NCBI GenBank assembly: GCA_002633005.1
Contig: NMRA01000857.1
Span: forward strand, 57,066-119,171
Length of the DNA: 62,106 nt
Source: Phoronis australis
Lineage: Eukaryota; Animalia; Phoronida
Direction of reading: 5' to 3'
Of this stretch, positions 61,916 through 62,106 are shown one piece after another. Numbering within the stretch: the first letter of the stretch is position 1; every line of letters starts with the position of its first letter. Under the pieces are notes generated by a model. That model made no database searches. It had not been told where the DNA came from and saw only the letters and a list, made by a program, of their open reading frames with translations. The translations under genes were made by a program, and so were the position numbers.

Positions 61916-62106
61916 AAACATAAACTTGTTCAACAAAAGCCCTTGCTACCACTCTGTCCCTTTTCACCTAACAAAAAGCATAACTTGTATAAAACACACT
62001 GGAAAAAAATAGATGCCAAAAATTGACAACAAAATGCGGAATTTGACGTTCTTTTTTCCAAAATCGCAAAAGTCAAGAGTGCACTGGTTCCAGAGTGGAG
62101 ACAAGA

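Overview
Eukaryotic (animal, most likely marine invertebrate) genomic DNA from a draft assembly with three gaps (n at 4161, 9648-9690, 16040-16296). I reconstructed three spliced protein-coding genes by hand. (1) A complete 5-exon sigma-like glutathione S-transferase (+, 6159-14205, 210 aa). (2) A sorting nexin of the SNX7/SNX30 family (-, ATG at 22805), with five exons found and the C-terminal half of the BAR domain missing near a gap. (3) A complete 18-exon peroxisomal ABC half-transporter ABCD3/PMP70 (+, 22982-43272, 661 aa). The SNX and ABCD3 genes are head-to-head with only 176 bp between start codons. The rest is transposon-rich. There are five same-orientation non-autonomous Helentron (HINE/DINE-1-like) copies whose ~150-bp tandem repeats each carry a CTCF-like motif, and several MITEs with CA...TG ends and 5-bp TSDs. 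There is a young 5'-truncated HERO-type RT-RLE retrotransposon with a structured 3' UTR, and an older HERO copy interrupted by a MITE that itself carries a Crypton-like hairpin element with a tRNA-like Pol III promoter. Also present are a truncated L1/Tx1 with a 12-bp TSD and BEL/Pao and CR1/L2-like fossils. The best candidates for something new are the mobile CTCF-motif arrays, the conserved HERO 3'-UTR RNA structure, the Crypton-like/tRNA-like composite and a ~300-nt rod-like imperfect palindrome upstream of the GST. All family assignments come from manual recognition; no database searches were run.
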